This document shows positions 1-12,620 of a stretch of 64,000 nt of DNA, in pieces. The stretch is from Octopus sinensis (Eukaryota), in contig NW_021835991.1 in assembly GCF_006345805.1 (NCBI RefSeq), forward strand, positions 1-64,000. Reading direction: 5' to 3'. Below the pieces are notes generated by a model. The model saw only the letters and a list, made by a program, of their open reading frames with translations, was not told the origin of the DNA and made no database searches. Positions within the stretch are counted from its first letter, which is position 1. Each line of letters opens with the position of its first letter. The translations under genes were made by a program, and so were the position numbers.

Positions 1-1820
1 ACGCCCTCTCCGCAACCGGGGTAAATGGTGCTCTTCTCTCCCGGTGCTAGGGTCAAACCCTTCTCTATAGTCCACATTTTAGCGTTTGCATGTATGATTT
101 CAGTCGTCCCAAGACTGCGATATCCTTTTCGAGTATCCATGACCAGGATATCGTCAGCATAGATAACGAGCTTGCCAGTACGTGTCGACGGCAGAGGAAT
201 GTCCGCCAAGAAGAGGTTGAACAGAAGTGGACTCAAGATAGATCCCTGCGGACTCCCCTTCTAAGTTCCACACACCCGATAGGCGGTTTCCACAGCGGAC
301 AATGATTGTCTTCCTGACAAGAAGCTCTCCAGCCATCGATAGGTCTTTATATCCCGGCTCCGATGTCATGGATTCTGGAGAGTAGGCCCAGGTGCCACAC
401 GCTATCGAAGGCTTTGGCCAGATCCAGACACACCACAGTTAGCCATGCTTCATTTCTGTCAGCACGGGATAATTGGTGCTCTAACTCCCTGAGGCAGTCC
501 CCTGTGGATCTTCCTCCACGAAATCCCCATTGTTCAGGTAAAAGCAAATTTTGTGATTCTATATGACCAGAGAGTCTGTTAAAGACAATCTTTTCCATTG
601 TCTTAGAGAAAGCACAAATGAGGCTAATTGGCCGGTAGTTCTGTGCCAGCAGTGTCGATTTACCAGATTTTGGAATCATTCGAACAATCGTATGCTTCCA
701 CGCCGATGGAAGGTGTCCGAACGTCCAGCTGGCGTGAAACAACATAGTCAATGCTCGTATCAAGATTTCAGGGGCCTTCTTTAACAACTTCGGAGGGATG
801 TAGTCGAAGCCACGCCTTGTTCTTCAACCCAGCAATTGCCCTTTCAACCTCTTCCTGTGTTATCGCCCCACATAATGGTCCCTCCGATAATTGCGAAAGA
901 GCCAGCTTCTTCACAATTCGGTCATAAGTCCCTCGTGGACGGTAGATTCGACCTCTTGAACCTGACTAAGTTTGGTTCCTGAGTACTTCTGGGATACGAT
1001 CAGAGGAGATATATTTCCCGTCTGGTTCTTTTAGTGAAATTTCAAATCCTTTGGCATCATTTCTGGTAAGGCGTTGATATGCTTTCCAGAAATTAGGGTT
1101 TCGCTTATCCAGTTTTCTGCATTCAGACCTCCATTTACTTTCGACCTCAGTCTTGGCCATTTTTGCAATAGTAAATTTTATCTTGTCGATCTCCAATTTC
1201 AGGCGGCATTTGATTGACTCAACCCGACATCTTCTCCTGCGATTTTCCAGGGTACCTTTCGTTCTGATCAGAGTGACAAGTTTCGAATTCATCCGCTTTT
1301 GCGTTCCTTTGGGTTTCCATACATTTTTTAATGCATAAACATCCAGGAATTTTATGATTGACGATCTAAGGTGATCATCGAGATTGTCAATATCATCTCT
1401 GCTTCTCAGAGGCTGAGACACGACATTTCGAAGAGAATCCCGCATATATGATTCGAATAAACTCCAGTTCATGTTCACGAGGTTGTAACCAATGAACAAG
1501 TCCTCCGTAACATTCATAGTCATCTTTATCAACATCGTTTGCGGCACGTGGTCAGAGCCAATGTCCGCTTCCAACCTCGGTATGTAACATAAAGGACTAA
1601 TTGATGCCGAGCATAGAAAGAGACCCAAGCGATCAGCCCTGCCTCTGTCTGCATAATGATTCAGTTTTCCGATGTAAGACCGAAAAACCCAAGCTACTGG
1701 CCAAGTCCTCAAGGACAGTTCCATCCATATTCGTAGTTTCACATCCATAACTCACATTTTTGGCATTAAGATCTCCTGCTAGGATTGACAGGCAATTTTC
1801 CTCAAAGAACGTCCAATAAC
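1..1820 (-). mobile_element. Non-LTR retrotransposon (LINE family A), 5'-truncated and frameshifted; C-terminal part of APE endonuclease plus RT; runs off the window start
   Basis: ORF 966-1748 has APE motif EADIGSDHVP, preceded by ILAGDLNAK. ORF 347-787 has NYRPISLI, QWGFRGGRST, LDLAKAFDSVWH. Bases 1-346 give GVPQGS/YADD-type motifs in shifted frames. Same family as 32195-34561. Confidence 0.93.
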
Positions 1821-2899
1821 GTATATTTTTTTTTTTTTTTTTTTTTTAAATTATATTTAATTGCAAAAAATTGTATTAAATTATATTAATTGCAAAAAAT
1901 TGCAATTGGTTGCCCTAGTAATTAGCAAATATTTTATTAAAATTAAATCATAATAATTACAACTAATCTACTAAGTTTTTTGAAATTAGAATATTTATAA
2001 GATTTTCAAAGAAAAACTAAATATGAATTTTGAATCATTTTTTTTGGCGAGGAGTGTAAATGCTAAAGTTGAGATAATTCTTGTTTAAAAAAATGTATTT
2101 TATTTCTAGCGGATAATCATGATGTGCTTAATTCGGAAATTCACACAAAACAATTTTGAAGTGATAAAAAACACAATTTATGTCAGTTTATTGAATTCGG
2201 ATTTCCAGTTTTAAAAAATCAAAAAATAATAATTGAAAGGTCAAAAAATACCAGTTTACTTTCCATTTGTATTCTAATTAATTTATTTTAATTAGGGATT
2301 TACAAGTACACTAATTTAGAAAATTTTTAATGGAAAAAACTAATTTCATGTGCGAAATTTGATATTAATTGCACCTTGCCGCCAAACAATTTAATTAATG
2401 TCAAAATCAGGGTCCACTAGCCACCATTCGTGAATAATTAATTATTAATTCATAAAGGAAAAGGAATTTAATAAGTAAATTGCTTTAATTTATTTGAATC
2501 TTTTAATTATCCTCATATCCAATGGCTAGATTAATGTGTTGTATTTTTAGGCAAGTAAAAAATTGAACGTTTGAAAAATCAACTAATAGATGTGAACTAG
2601 CATTATCCAACAACATTAATATATTTTTTCTTCTGAAAGCATTCTTGGATTTATTTTTAAGATCCAGGTTTTAAAAATGTCAATTGTCATCTAAAAGAAT
2701 GCATGACGTTAAAAACATCAAAATTAAATTGTTTTCAGCAAAGAAAAAAATGTCAAAACAGACATTTTATGACCCTTCTCCAACTAAAAAATTCAAATTT
2801 TTAAAAAAAAATTAGAATAAAATCGGCATAGTTCAATTTTTTAAATTTTCGATCTAATATTCATAAAAATTTTCATTAATTCATTTAGTGGCTATTTTC

Positions 2900-4250
2900 G
2901 TGCAGGATGAAATGCAAAAGTACCCACAAATATTGCTAATCGAGTCAGTTGTGGAAGGGTTTGCTTCCACTTCGAACAAGAGGGCTTGCAGAATGGCGGA
3001 GATTTTGAGAAATGGGTTAGCAGGTTGGATTCTGAAACCAACGAGGACTGGACGTGAGTATGACATTTACAACGAGGACATTTGGCGACAGACCCTTAGA
3101 CATGACATATTTGAAGAATGTCAGTCGACAGCACGTGGCCACCAATTGAGGAAATTGGTTTGTAATTACTTGGTTTGTAATCACTTCAAAAAACTCGGTC
3201 AGGTTGTTCAATTTGAGCTGCGACATTATTGTGGACACTACCCGATGGTCGCGGAGGTCAGCACCGAAAGTGTCCTCTAAACATTAACGGACACTCCGCG
3301 TGTCAGTATTCAAGCCGGGTTTCCTCTTCGTAGTGAGTGGGGTAGCCCAGTTGAAGGTAGTAGAGCACAGAGGACAGTACTTGGGGGTGTCTTTAATTCG
3401 CGACATGCACTTTTTGTGAATGACATGTTCGCAGGACGTCACCGACACTTATCACACAAAAACAGGTTTATCACCAAATTGACCAGACTCTTCAGTGGTG
3501 AGGTTGAGGAGTACATTTCGGTAGTTTTTGTATACAGATTCGATCTGGCGGGCACCCCGTCCTCCCCCGTCCAGCTGAAAATGGGGCAGTGGCCCAATCA
3601 CAAGACTGGACAGAATGAGGCTGAACCAGTGGGGCGATTGCCTCAAAGTTCGTTTTGTCTGGGTTGAAGGATTTGGACAACCAAATCTGGACGTCGTGAA
3701 CAGTTTTGGACATTTTCTTGACTCTACGAATAGAGCAAGGGATCACCTACGTTGGTATTCGTAGTACATTGTGTTGTAAATCTCGGAATTGATCTTTGTT
3801 CAGCACGAATATTCCCCGTTGAATAATTTGAGGGCCAACTCTCGTTAATTTGAGACAATGCCCATTTGCCTTTGAGTGAATAATGTCCGGAGACAGTTTC
3901 TTCAACGTGGCAACAAAAGTATGGTTCGCGGTAATCAGCAATGTCCTTGAGCATTGTGGAGGGCTTAACGGAGACATTGTAGACACAATTCCAGATCCTG
4001 AAATACTTGGCGATGTTAATGTAAGTAGAGGCATTTCTGAGAAGGAACACAGAAAGTTGTTTCTCAAACATGTCTCGGTCGGAAATCCGTCTGCTGTCGC
4101 AACACGGGGACTGAACCGTAATGCAGAACCGTGGCGTTGGCATTGAATCCCAGAACAGATATGAGTTGGGCACTTCCGCAAGGGCAGGAGATATTGGAGG
4201 AAAGTCTTGTCGAACAAGAATAGGTATGTGTCGAAAAAAAGTAATAAAAT
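2900..4250 (-). mobile_element. Heavily decayed non-LTR RT remnant
   Basis: GC-richer island with RT-like pieces in shifting frames (KDIADYRE, SWPSNYSTG, WLSKSFNPDKT); no intact ORF. Confidence 0.45.
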
Positions 4251-4685
4251 TTTCCAATTGACAAAAATTTATTTTATATTTTTGTAAAAGAAACCCCAAG
4301 GTATTTAAACGTGAAAAAAAGAAAGAAATCCAAAAAAGTATACCCCCATCTCACTTTTACTAGTCCACCGTTGCTATGATTCCAAACAACACCCATTTGA
4401 AATGGCTAGAAATACACTCGAGCTCTCAACGCAATAAAACTTGAAAGAGTATTTTTTAAGCTTTTTGTCTACGATTTATCAGGCCAGTGTGACTCAATTA
4501 GTACAATGTCTTGTTCCTACTCTTCACTATTTTTCTGCTAACTGGATCCTATAATGGAGAGGTCCCTAACTATTGTTTCAAAGCTTAGATTCGCATCTGG
4601 AGCTTCCCACTCCCCACTGTGTGTCAAATTTTAATTTTGTTTGGCGATATAAACATTTTATAATAGTTTCGATTAGGCTATGGGC

Positions 4686-5112
4686 CAGGGTTTCCGAAAC
4701 TCTTTCTTTCCCAAGGTATATAAACGATACCCCTAAAAATGTTGACTTTATCCTCGACACCTCTAAATAATGTTTTAAATAAATATTTGTTCAAAAATTT
4801 TTCAAGATTTTTGGCAGATTTGTCAGAGAATCTATATAAAGTATTTTCCTGCTATTCGTGATATTCGAAAACGAAATTAAGTCAATCTTTCCGAAATGAT
4901 CATCAAAAAAATCATTATCTTATTAGAACATGTAAAAGTGCCCAATTTTTTCAAAAAATTATAAAAAAATAACGATAAAACTATAGATATCGACACGGCC
5001 GTTATTTGTTTAGAATCTATTTATTTTGTTTAAATAAAATTACTTAAATAATAAAATGATTTTTCGCGCCACCCCTAGTACTTGCCCGCGGCACCAACTC
5101 TGGGAAACGCTG
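4686..5112. mobile_element. Possible small non-autonomous hAT (MITE)
   Basis: Ends CAGGGTTTCCGAAACT and CTGGGAAACGCTG; flanking 8-mers CTATGGGC / CTATAAAC match only 5/8. Confidence 0.4.
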
Positions 5113-6214
5113 CTATAAACCATTCCATGGAAATTCCTTTGAAATTCTACTGAAGTTGTATGTAAATCCTTTATCTTTTAAATTAAATTTGACATTTGAT
5201 TTTGTTGCTACATTGAAATAGACATATTTAATTATTATGTTAATTAATTATTTCATTCGATGATTCTCAAAGACGGCCTTCTTAACATTATTAAAAAATC
5301 TGTTATTGGTACATTAATTAAGGAATTCGAAGACGTTTTGACGATTTTAAACATCTCTACCCATTATGAAAAAATTTTCATCACTTATGGGAACAGACAC
5401 TGCAACTGTTCAATCCGTATATCAACTGGAGATAATTAAAATCCAGTCAGATTTACAAATTTCCGCGATATTTAAGTCAAATGAGCTTCTGGATTTTTGA
5501 TTTGAATTTAAAATAGAAATATCAGAACTTGTTTGGTAATGCACAAAAAATGCATGAATATTTGATCAACATATGCTTGTGTAGCTCTTTTCAACAAACT
5601 TACGCGATTAAAACAAAGTATCGAAATCAATTAAAAGATGAACATCTGATTCAACTTTGGGTACATTGTTTTCGAATTCACTCCCTGTTACTACAAAATA
5701 AAACTCCAAACCAAATAAAGCCTTATTTTTGTCACTCTTTCTTTTATTTAACAACATAAATAATTTTTTGTGTGGTCATTAAATGAACTTTTAATTATCG
5801 ATTTAAGTCCTTGAGCTAAAAAAGTTTAGTACTCAGGATATAATTAATAAAATCTTCATTACGTAGCGTGTTAGTCGTCATTTCCAAATGAAAATCTGAA
5901 TAAATTGTTTAAAAGCTTACTTAAACATCGATGACTGTTAAAACCCATTTAGATCTACAAGATCTAGCTGAAACCTTTCATTCGGAAAAGAAGCAAAAAT
6001 ATGATGATTCATATCACCAACCTACATTAAAAATTAAAAAGAATTAAAACTTACAATGGACAGGCAAATTTACATACTTCACAATTTCGAATGACTTTTC
6101 TGATTATGTCATTTTTGACAATGAAGTATCTTTGTCAACAGACATACTCAATCTTGTTTACTCCTCGATGTGAATATTCATGTAGAGATTTAGCTAAATA
6201 CTCCATCTCGGTTT

Positions 6215-7440
6215 CGTTGTCCAAATTTATTTATTTTTATTTTATTGAACCAGAAAACCACCGTCATAGCCAAAAGAAAGAAGAATTCAGGTGATTCCAG
6301 CCTCCCTCAGCAGTTCGCGCAGCCTCTCCCGATGTTCCGCCGTTGTCCCGACGCATTTTCGGTACGGACGGGGATTTTCAGGACGAACCTCTCTGTTGTT
6401 CCAGACTTTTGGGATAATCTCTTTATCGGAGAAAGTATTCAGCAGGTTCGCCGCTTTCACCCGAATTTTGTCGATTTTTGATCGATTGTTTGCACTTAAG
6501 TTTGTTCCCCAGATTCCGCACGCATAGCCGATCGTAGGTTCCAAGTATTGATTATATATGTTGTTTAGACCATATAGGCCTTTGCATTCTCCTGCGTTCT
6601 TCAGGAAGGCATTCAGGAAGTTAACCTTTCTTGCACCCGCCATAACTACATTTTCAACGTGGGTTGAAAAGGTTAGAAAGGTGTCGAATGTTACTCCAAT
6701 AATCTTCTGGGTTTTGCTCTGCGGTATAATTTCCCAGGCTAACTTCGCTTCAATTGAGACTTTCCCAAGTCTTTTGTTTTTCGTAAACAGAGTCAAAATA
6801 GATTTTTCCGGACTTGCCTCCAGTTCGTTTTTATATAGCCATGAACTCAGATTGTTGAGGTTATCCTGTATTCTATCCGTTGCTTTTATTATGCTCACGT
6901 CCCTTGATGCGACGATAATATCATCTGCATATAGTAATAACAGATCGTTGTCCCCTTCTGGCTGTGGTATGTCGTTCATCATGAGATTGAATAAAAGTGG
7001 AGATAGTGGAGAACCATGAGGGACCCCATTTGGTAATAGTCTCGATATGGAAGATCTGTTTCCACAGCAAGCCCTTCCCCGACGGCCGCTCAGGAAATTC
7101 CCAAGCCATAGTTTTAGATTCGTATCAATATTTGAGGAATAGATCTTTTGTGTGAGTATTTTCCTTGGCACCGAATCGAAAGCCTTCTTTATGTCGATCG
7201 AGCAGACAATGGATTTTTCCTGTTTAGGTTTCTTGTTTAGAACGTCTGATATAAACTTCATTAAAGCATTTAGGTGTGTGACAGTTGATCGCCCCTCTTT
7301 GAATCCATGTTGGAAACTGACTTCTGGGAGGAGGGGGCGAATCAAAGTCATCACCATTCTCTCTAGAATTCGTGCCTGGACGCATAAAAGGGACAGTGAC
7401 CTGTATGATCCAGGTTGCTCCTTCGGTTCTCCAAATTAAT
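6215..7440 (-). mobile_element. Non-LTR retrotransposon family B, 5'-truncated RT copy with AATAA-rich 3' tail
   Basis: ORF 6287-7357: QHGFKEGRST, IDIKKAFDSV, NGVPHGSPLSPLLFN, YADD, ends LLREAGIT*. Paralogous to 39363-41012. Confidence 0.93.
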
Positions 7441-7711
7441 GAAAAGCTTTAAATCGTCAGATTTTAGATACTAAAATTCGATACTCTGAAGAATCTTTAA
7501 CATAGCCCCTATAAGAACCCATTACAAGAAACAAATCTAGCACGCTAAAAAATTTTGCAATATATTTAGATTTATTAATTAAACAAATAAATTTTTTAAA
7601 TTATTTAAGTAAATGAACAAAGACTAATTTAAATCAGTACAAGGCATAGATAGAATTTATAATTGGTGCATAAAAATAATGTTTGTGATAATTAAGAGCT
7701 TGTGATAATTA

Positions 7712-7790
7712 ATCGGCTGGCTGTACCAGAGGAAATCGATCGCAATCTTGCGAGGTAACTCGCTTGCAATCCGAGGTGCAGCCACTGCTG
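7712..7790 (+). mobile_element. C-terminal fragment of CRE-like (RLE endonuclease) non-LTR element
   Basis: Translates GWLYQRKSIAILRGNSLAIRG, matching the FQRISIAIQRGN terminal motif seen in the other fragments here. Confidence 0.55.
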
Positions 7791-8977
7791 ACACTTAATT
7801 AGCTATTTTGAATAACTCTTTTTCTGAACTAAAAACCATTAAGAGCTTTTATTTTGACGTCTACAAGGTCAAAAAATGTAACCATGTTACAAATTAAGAC
7901 TAAACAGTGAATTATTAAAATATTCAAATATTAGCGTATGACTAAATTTTTCGGAGACAAAAAATGAAATGATATAGCATTTTATTGTGAAAATATGATC
8001 GTTGCAGCATTAGCGAACTGTATAGGTTTAAATTGATGTAACGAAAATATTTCCTAAATGAAAATTTCTAATTATTCAAAATATTTTTAAGTTTATAAAA
8101 ACTTGAAAAAAATATTAATGACTTGTAGAAAAATATTATTAAAAACGTGAGTGAAAATAAATTTTATCCAATATTCCTGTTTTTTAAATTATATGCATAT
8201 GTATACTATATCCGGAAGAATAAGCACAAATGTTCAAAAAGAGTTATTAATGTGTAATAATGATGTACTCGATATTCTCTCTCAATGATGGTCTGATATA
8301 TAAATTCTTATAATAATAATAATAAATTAAGAAAAAATATGAACTTTTCAATCAATTTCGTAATAAACTTTTCTTTCCTTCTTCGGCTGAGGACAAAGAT
8401 TGCAAGGGTAAACAAAAATCTCAAAAAAACTTTTATCTTTTCCAAAGAGTCTCGTTGGCGATCGTTCGAGGTAACTGCCAGGTCATCCATCTTATACGCC
8501 AGCAGTTTAAAATAATCTTTGTTTGTGCTATCCATTGAAAAAAATATTGAGCTTTTAAAAAAATAAAATCAAATATAGTCTTTTTTAAAAGATACAACGA
8601 TGGTGTCATATCTTACGCAATCATGCGTAATGTTTCAGAAAAATTGGACGAGATATCACTCTATTTGTACTCGGCATAGACAAAATATGACGAAATTACT
8701 CACATCCGCAAACAAAGAAATATATGAAAATAAATCAAATAGTAAAAAAGTGTTATATTTAATAAAATAATTATTCGGGTCAGAATAAAAATATAACAGA
8801 CATAGATAATCATTTAGTAATGTTAGTCACGTAATACACTCAGAAATATTGAAAATATATTACTTAATCTCCTGGAAAATAAAAGTATAAAAAGGTCATA
8901 TCGAGAATCGAATTGACAATTGAAATTAAAAAAATTAGGTCATTAAAAAGAAGGCATCAAAATGAATAGAAATAATA

Positions 8978-10536
8978 TGTCGCGACCCACGCTGGCGACC
9001 ATCCCACGCTGGCGACCATCAGTTTGACAGGTTATGACCTTCAGTTTGACAGGTGATTAGTTTGATATTTAAACCGGAAAAAATTCATTTTAAGAAATGG
9101 TTTAGCGTCATTTTAGAAAAAAAATTATAATTTCTCTCAAAAGATGTTAGCATGAAAAAAGCGACTCAATTTATCATTATTAATGATCGGTATATTTGCG
9201 ACTCCTAACTCATAGTCTTTATCTAAAGGACGAGAATAATCAAAAACACAAATTGGTCATTTGTCTGGACAATGAAATGGAGATCAGGACACTAGCATTC
9301 GCCATTCACCAAGAATCCCACTGGGGAATACGAAAGCTTCAGAAAAAGTGCAGTGAATTCTATTTCACTGTAAAACGTCCAATCATCGAACAAATTATAA
9401 AAGACTGCGAAATTTGTAAATTTGCCCTACCATTGAAAGTATTTAAAAAAATATATACCTAGTTGTCGGATTCTAATTACCATGTAACTGCAGAAAAACC
9501 CAATGAAAAATTCCAGGCGGATCTTATGGATGTTAGAAGATATAAAGAGTTTGACGATGGATGTAATTGGATACTGACAATTATTGACATCTACAGCAAA
9601 TTTGTTGTCTGCAAATCTTTAAAAAATAAAACTGCTTCTGGTAAGACTTACAATTTAATTGAAGAAGTGGTGAATAAATTCCAAAAATTGTTTTATCAAA
9701 TTGGATATTGTCAGATCTTGCAAACGGACAACGGGCTGGAATTCAAAAACCAACTTATGGCTCAACTATGCGAGGAATAAATTTGAAATAAATTAGGGTG
9801 TAATTGAGCGCTTTAACTAGATATTGACACGTGGTATGGCAAAACTGATGGATGAAGAAGGAACTAAAAATTGGAAACAATACGGCGGACATATTACGAA
9901 CAAATTTCGACCTCTCTAAAAATCAAATTATACAACATGCTACTGAAACCGGTCTTATTGTACAATTTCTCTACATAAAAAAATACGTAAAAATTGGAAA
10001 CAATTTTTAGACAAAGTAACTTTTTCCTATAATACGACACACCACTCGGCGATCAATGAGACCCCCTTCACAAGTTTAGGGGTATTTCTGGAATTAACAC
10101 TGTGATTCATGAAATACCAGGTTATAATCTTATTTATAATTTAGATGAAAATAACGAGGCATCGTTTGTCGAAGATGAACTTAATGGTAAATTTACGATG
10201 TATTTATTTTTAGAAACGAATAATAAAAAATTGTAGGACGAATCCGTCATTGAAGCTACACAGATTTGAATCCTTATATGAAGAAAATGGAAAAGTAAAA
10301 AATATAATGTCTAAATACAGATTAATGGTTATTTGTCTTTCCTAACAAACATTTAGATCGAATTACGAAATAGTTACTATGAATAGAGATAAAAAATGTT
10401 AAGTTTTTTGATTTTTTAGCAATTATCTTTAGTCAGTAATTAGTGTCAAACTATGTAGGTCGCCCTGTCAATCGTGTCAACAATGAAGGTCGCTCTGGTC
10501 GCCAGCGTGGGATGGTCGCCAGCGTGGGTCGCGACA
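8978..10536 (+). mobile_element. Ginger-like (retroviral-type integrase) DNA transposon, decayed, with TIRs and 5-bp TSD
   Basis: Perfect 41-bp TIRs TGTCGCGACCCACGCTGGCGACCATCCCACGCTGGCGACCA. TAATA on both sides (8973-8977, 10537-10541). HHCC zinc region (HQESHWG..CEIC) and rve core (FQADLMD, IIDIYSKF, LQTDNGLEF) at 9196-9780. Confidence 0.88.
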
Positions 10537-10604
10537 TAATATATTATTAAATCATAGACTAACGGATAATACATATCTCGATATTATGAAAAAAAACTCA
10601 TAAC

Positions 10605-11581
10605 TAGAGCAACATTTTTATTGACTTAAAAAAAAAAAAAATTGCCCTTAAAAAGTCAATGTAATTGACCTTAAAATTTTAAAAATTGACTGAATAATTG
10701 ACCGTAAAAATACTACTTTATTTTCATATATAAACTACGTTTATGAAAATTTAAAGTAATTTTATTCATCGTTTATCGAGTTATTTACAATTAAGTAATA
10801 TTTTACATTATCCACTTTAAAATTCCTATCCTTGGTTAAGATTTTGTTAAGAATCGAAAATGATTGTTCTACTGCGCACGATGTTGGCTGACATTCAATC
10901 AACAAAGAATAATCTAAAGGTGAAATGGAATGATCATCGAAATTCATAATTTTTGTGATATCATTGGAATTCATCCTTTTGATAATATAATTTTTTATTC
11001 CACACACGTCTTCTTTAAAATCTTCTTCTCAATTTATAGAGCGGAATGTTTGCGGATACAAATGCTTCTGTTACGTCTGTTGCAAAATTTCTGAAGACAT
11101 AATTTGGAGGAACAATATTCAATTGTTTTTTATTTGTGGATATATTATTTGTTCGGGAAGAGTGTTTCTGTGTTTCCCTGTGTTTGTTCACAAAAAATTG
11201 TTTCTTGCATGTCACATGTAACTCACATAATTTACAAAAAAGCATTCCATTTGGTGTAATAGTAAACTCTTTAGGATATTTTTCACAAATATTTTTAGCT
11301 TTTTTAAAATCCGAAGGTTTATTTTTAGGCATAAGTACACTATAATTTGGTTTAAAATTTGTTACAATAAGAGACAAATGTCACTGCGACTATTATTTAA
11401 ATTTTTATTTAAAAATTGACCTAATTAAAAAAATTGCCCTGAAAATCTAAAAAGTTGACCAAATTGACCTAAAGAACTTTTTATATAAACATTTTTTTGA
11501 CTTTATTTTAATTTAATCATTATTTTTAGACTTAAGTCTAACTCTGGATTGAAGTTGACTTTATTGACTTATGTTGCCCTA
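10605..11581 (-). mobile_element. Internally deleted hAT element (CGGBP1-like transposase), perfect 8-bp TSD
   Basis: TIRs TAG(A/G)GCAACAT; TSD CTCATAAC at 10597-10604 and 11582-11589. N-terminal zinc finger (FCKLC..KH..TQKH, 11015-11377) fused to hAT C-terminus (PTSCAVEQSFS, 10762-11007). Confidence 0.88.
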
Positions 11582-11639
11582 CTCATAACCAACAATTTTT
11601 TTAATTCATAGAAGGTTCTGAGTAAACCGAAGAAAAAAG

Positions 11640-12230
11640 TCTGTGTTTATTGAAGATAGAAATCAAATCTTTTTATATTGACTGACATGTGAATTTGTTC
11701 TACTGACGCTGGATAGATGCAGAATCGGACAGCCTCGAGCCAAACCGAGCTTCCCACCGGCCACAAGCAGCAAAATAATCTTCAGACAATTTCCATTCAG
11801 GAAGGTTTCTTGAACGATGTCTGAAAGAATACGTAAACCAGAGTGAGTTGATAAAAAAGCAGGAAAGGCCAGATCGGAATAGGATCTCATGCCAAGGACG
11901 CCCCAGCGCTGAGGTAGGGATGTATGAGTCCAGGCCGAATCTTCGAAGGCTAGATTGCAAGATGAGTTCCTATCGAACTATAAAATATTGTCAAAATCGG
12001 AAAGAAAATCACCTCTGTGCAAACAGGGTGGGCATCTTAATGTGTATAGGATCTTAGGGGCGGAAAAGTGGTTTCGTGGGAGGAAAAGACCCACATGATG
12101 TTTGTCCCTGTTTTTAACATAATAGAGGTTTGGACAATCATCGTAATGGGGATGTGATATATTGTACATTAATATTTCGACCACAACCGAGGATAGGAGA
12201 GATCCCTGAGGGAATTCATTTTGTAGAAAA
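11640..12230 (-). mobile_element. Decayed LINE RT fragment
   Basis: FPQGSLLS motif in ORF 11978-12400 and downstream GC-richer coding-like sequence. Confidence 0.5.
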
Positions 12231-12349
12231 AGACTTTTTAATTTTATGCAAAAAAAACAAAACACTCGATTAAAATTAACTGATTTTTTTATTAAAAAAT
12301 AAAAATTGTAGTTATCCGTCTCGGTTATATTATTAAGAGAGATATCGAA

Positions 12350-12437
12350 CAGGCGAGACCTAAATTTAATGAAAAACCTTTTTTTGGGGGAAAACCTCAA
12401 AATTGGGGAAAAATTTACCCAATTCGAGGTCGCACTG
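12350..12437. mobile_element. pogo/Tigger-type terminal sequence (88-bp mini element); the same end recurs at about 13790-13880
   Basis: CCAATTCGAGGTCGCACTG followed by TA occurs ending at 12437 and at 13880, same orientation. Confidence 0.55.
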
Positions 12438-12620
12438 TACCCACTTCAGAAATTACACTTCTCTGGAGCACTCATTGGGTTTATTGGGAATTTAATTGGA
12501 ATTTTTATTCTTGCCAAAGTCTTTACAATGCTTTACCCACAATTTAAAACTAAAGAAGCAATTATATATGAGTGGATTTTGGCTATTCTTTTGGCTATTT
12601 CTTTTTCAAGACTCGGCAGA
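12438..12620 (+). pseudogene. Fragment of a DRAM/TMEM150-family paralogue (one exon)
   Basis: PLQKLHFSGALIGFIGNLIGIFILAKVFTMLYPQFKTKEAII aligns with exon 5 of the gene at 27238-28187 (PLRKVHLFGAFIGFFGNTIGICMLVKVSKMLYPQFKTRQAII). Confidence 0.7.

Noticed and set aside
90-787. Short overlapping ORFs opposite RT and transposase genes throughout the window
   Set aside because: They are antisense or alternate-frame shadows of TE coding sequence.
1826-1848. T23 run next to the 5' end of the first LINE
   Set aside because: No element or TSD could be tied to it; similarity to the family-A stop region is only about 12 AT-rich bases.
8308-8535. 75-aa minus-strand ORF as a host gene
   Set aside because: No recognisable motif and no convincing exon chain could be built.
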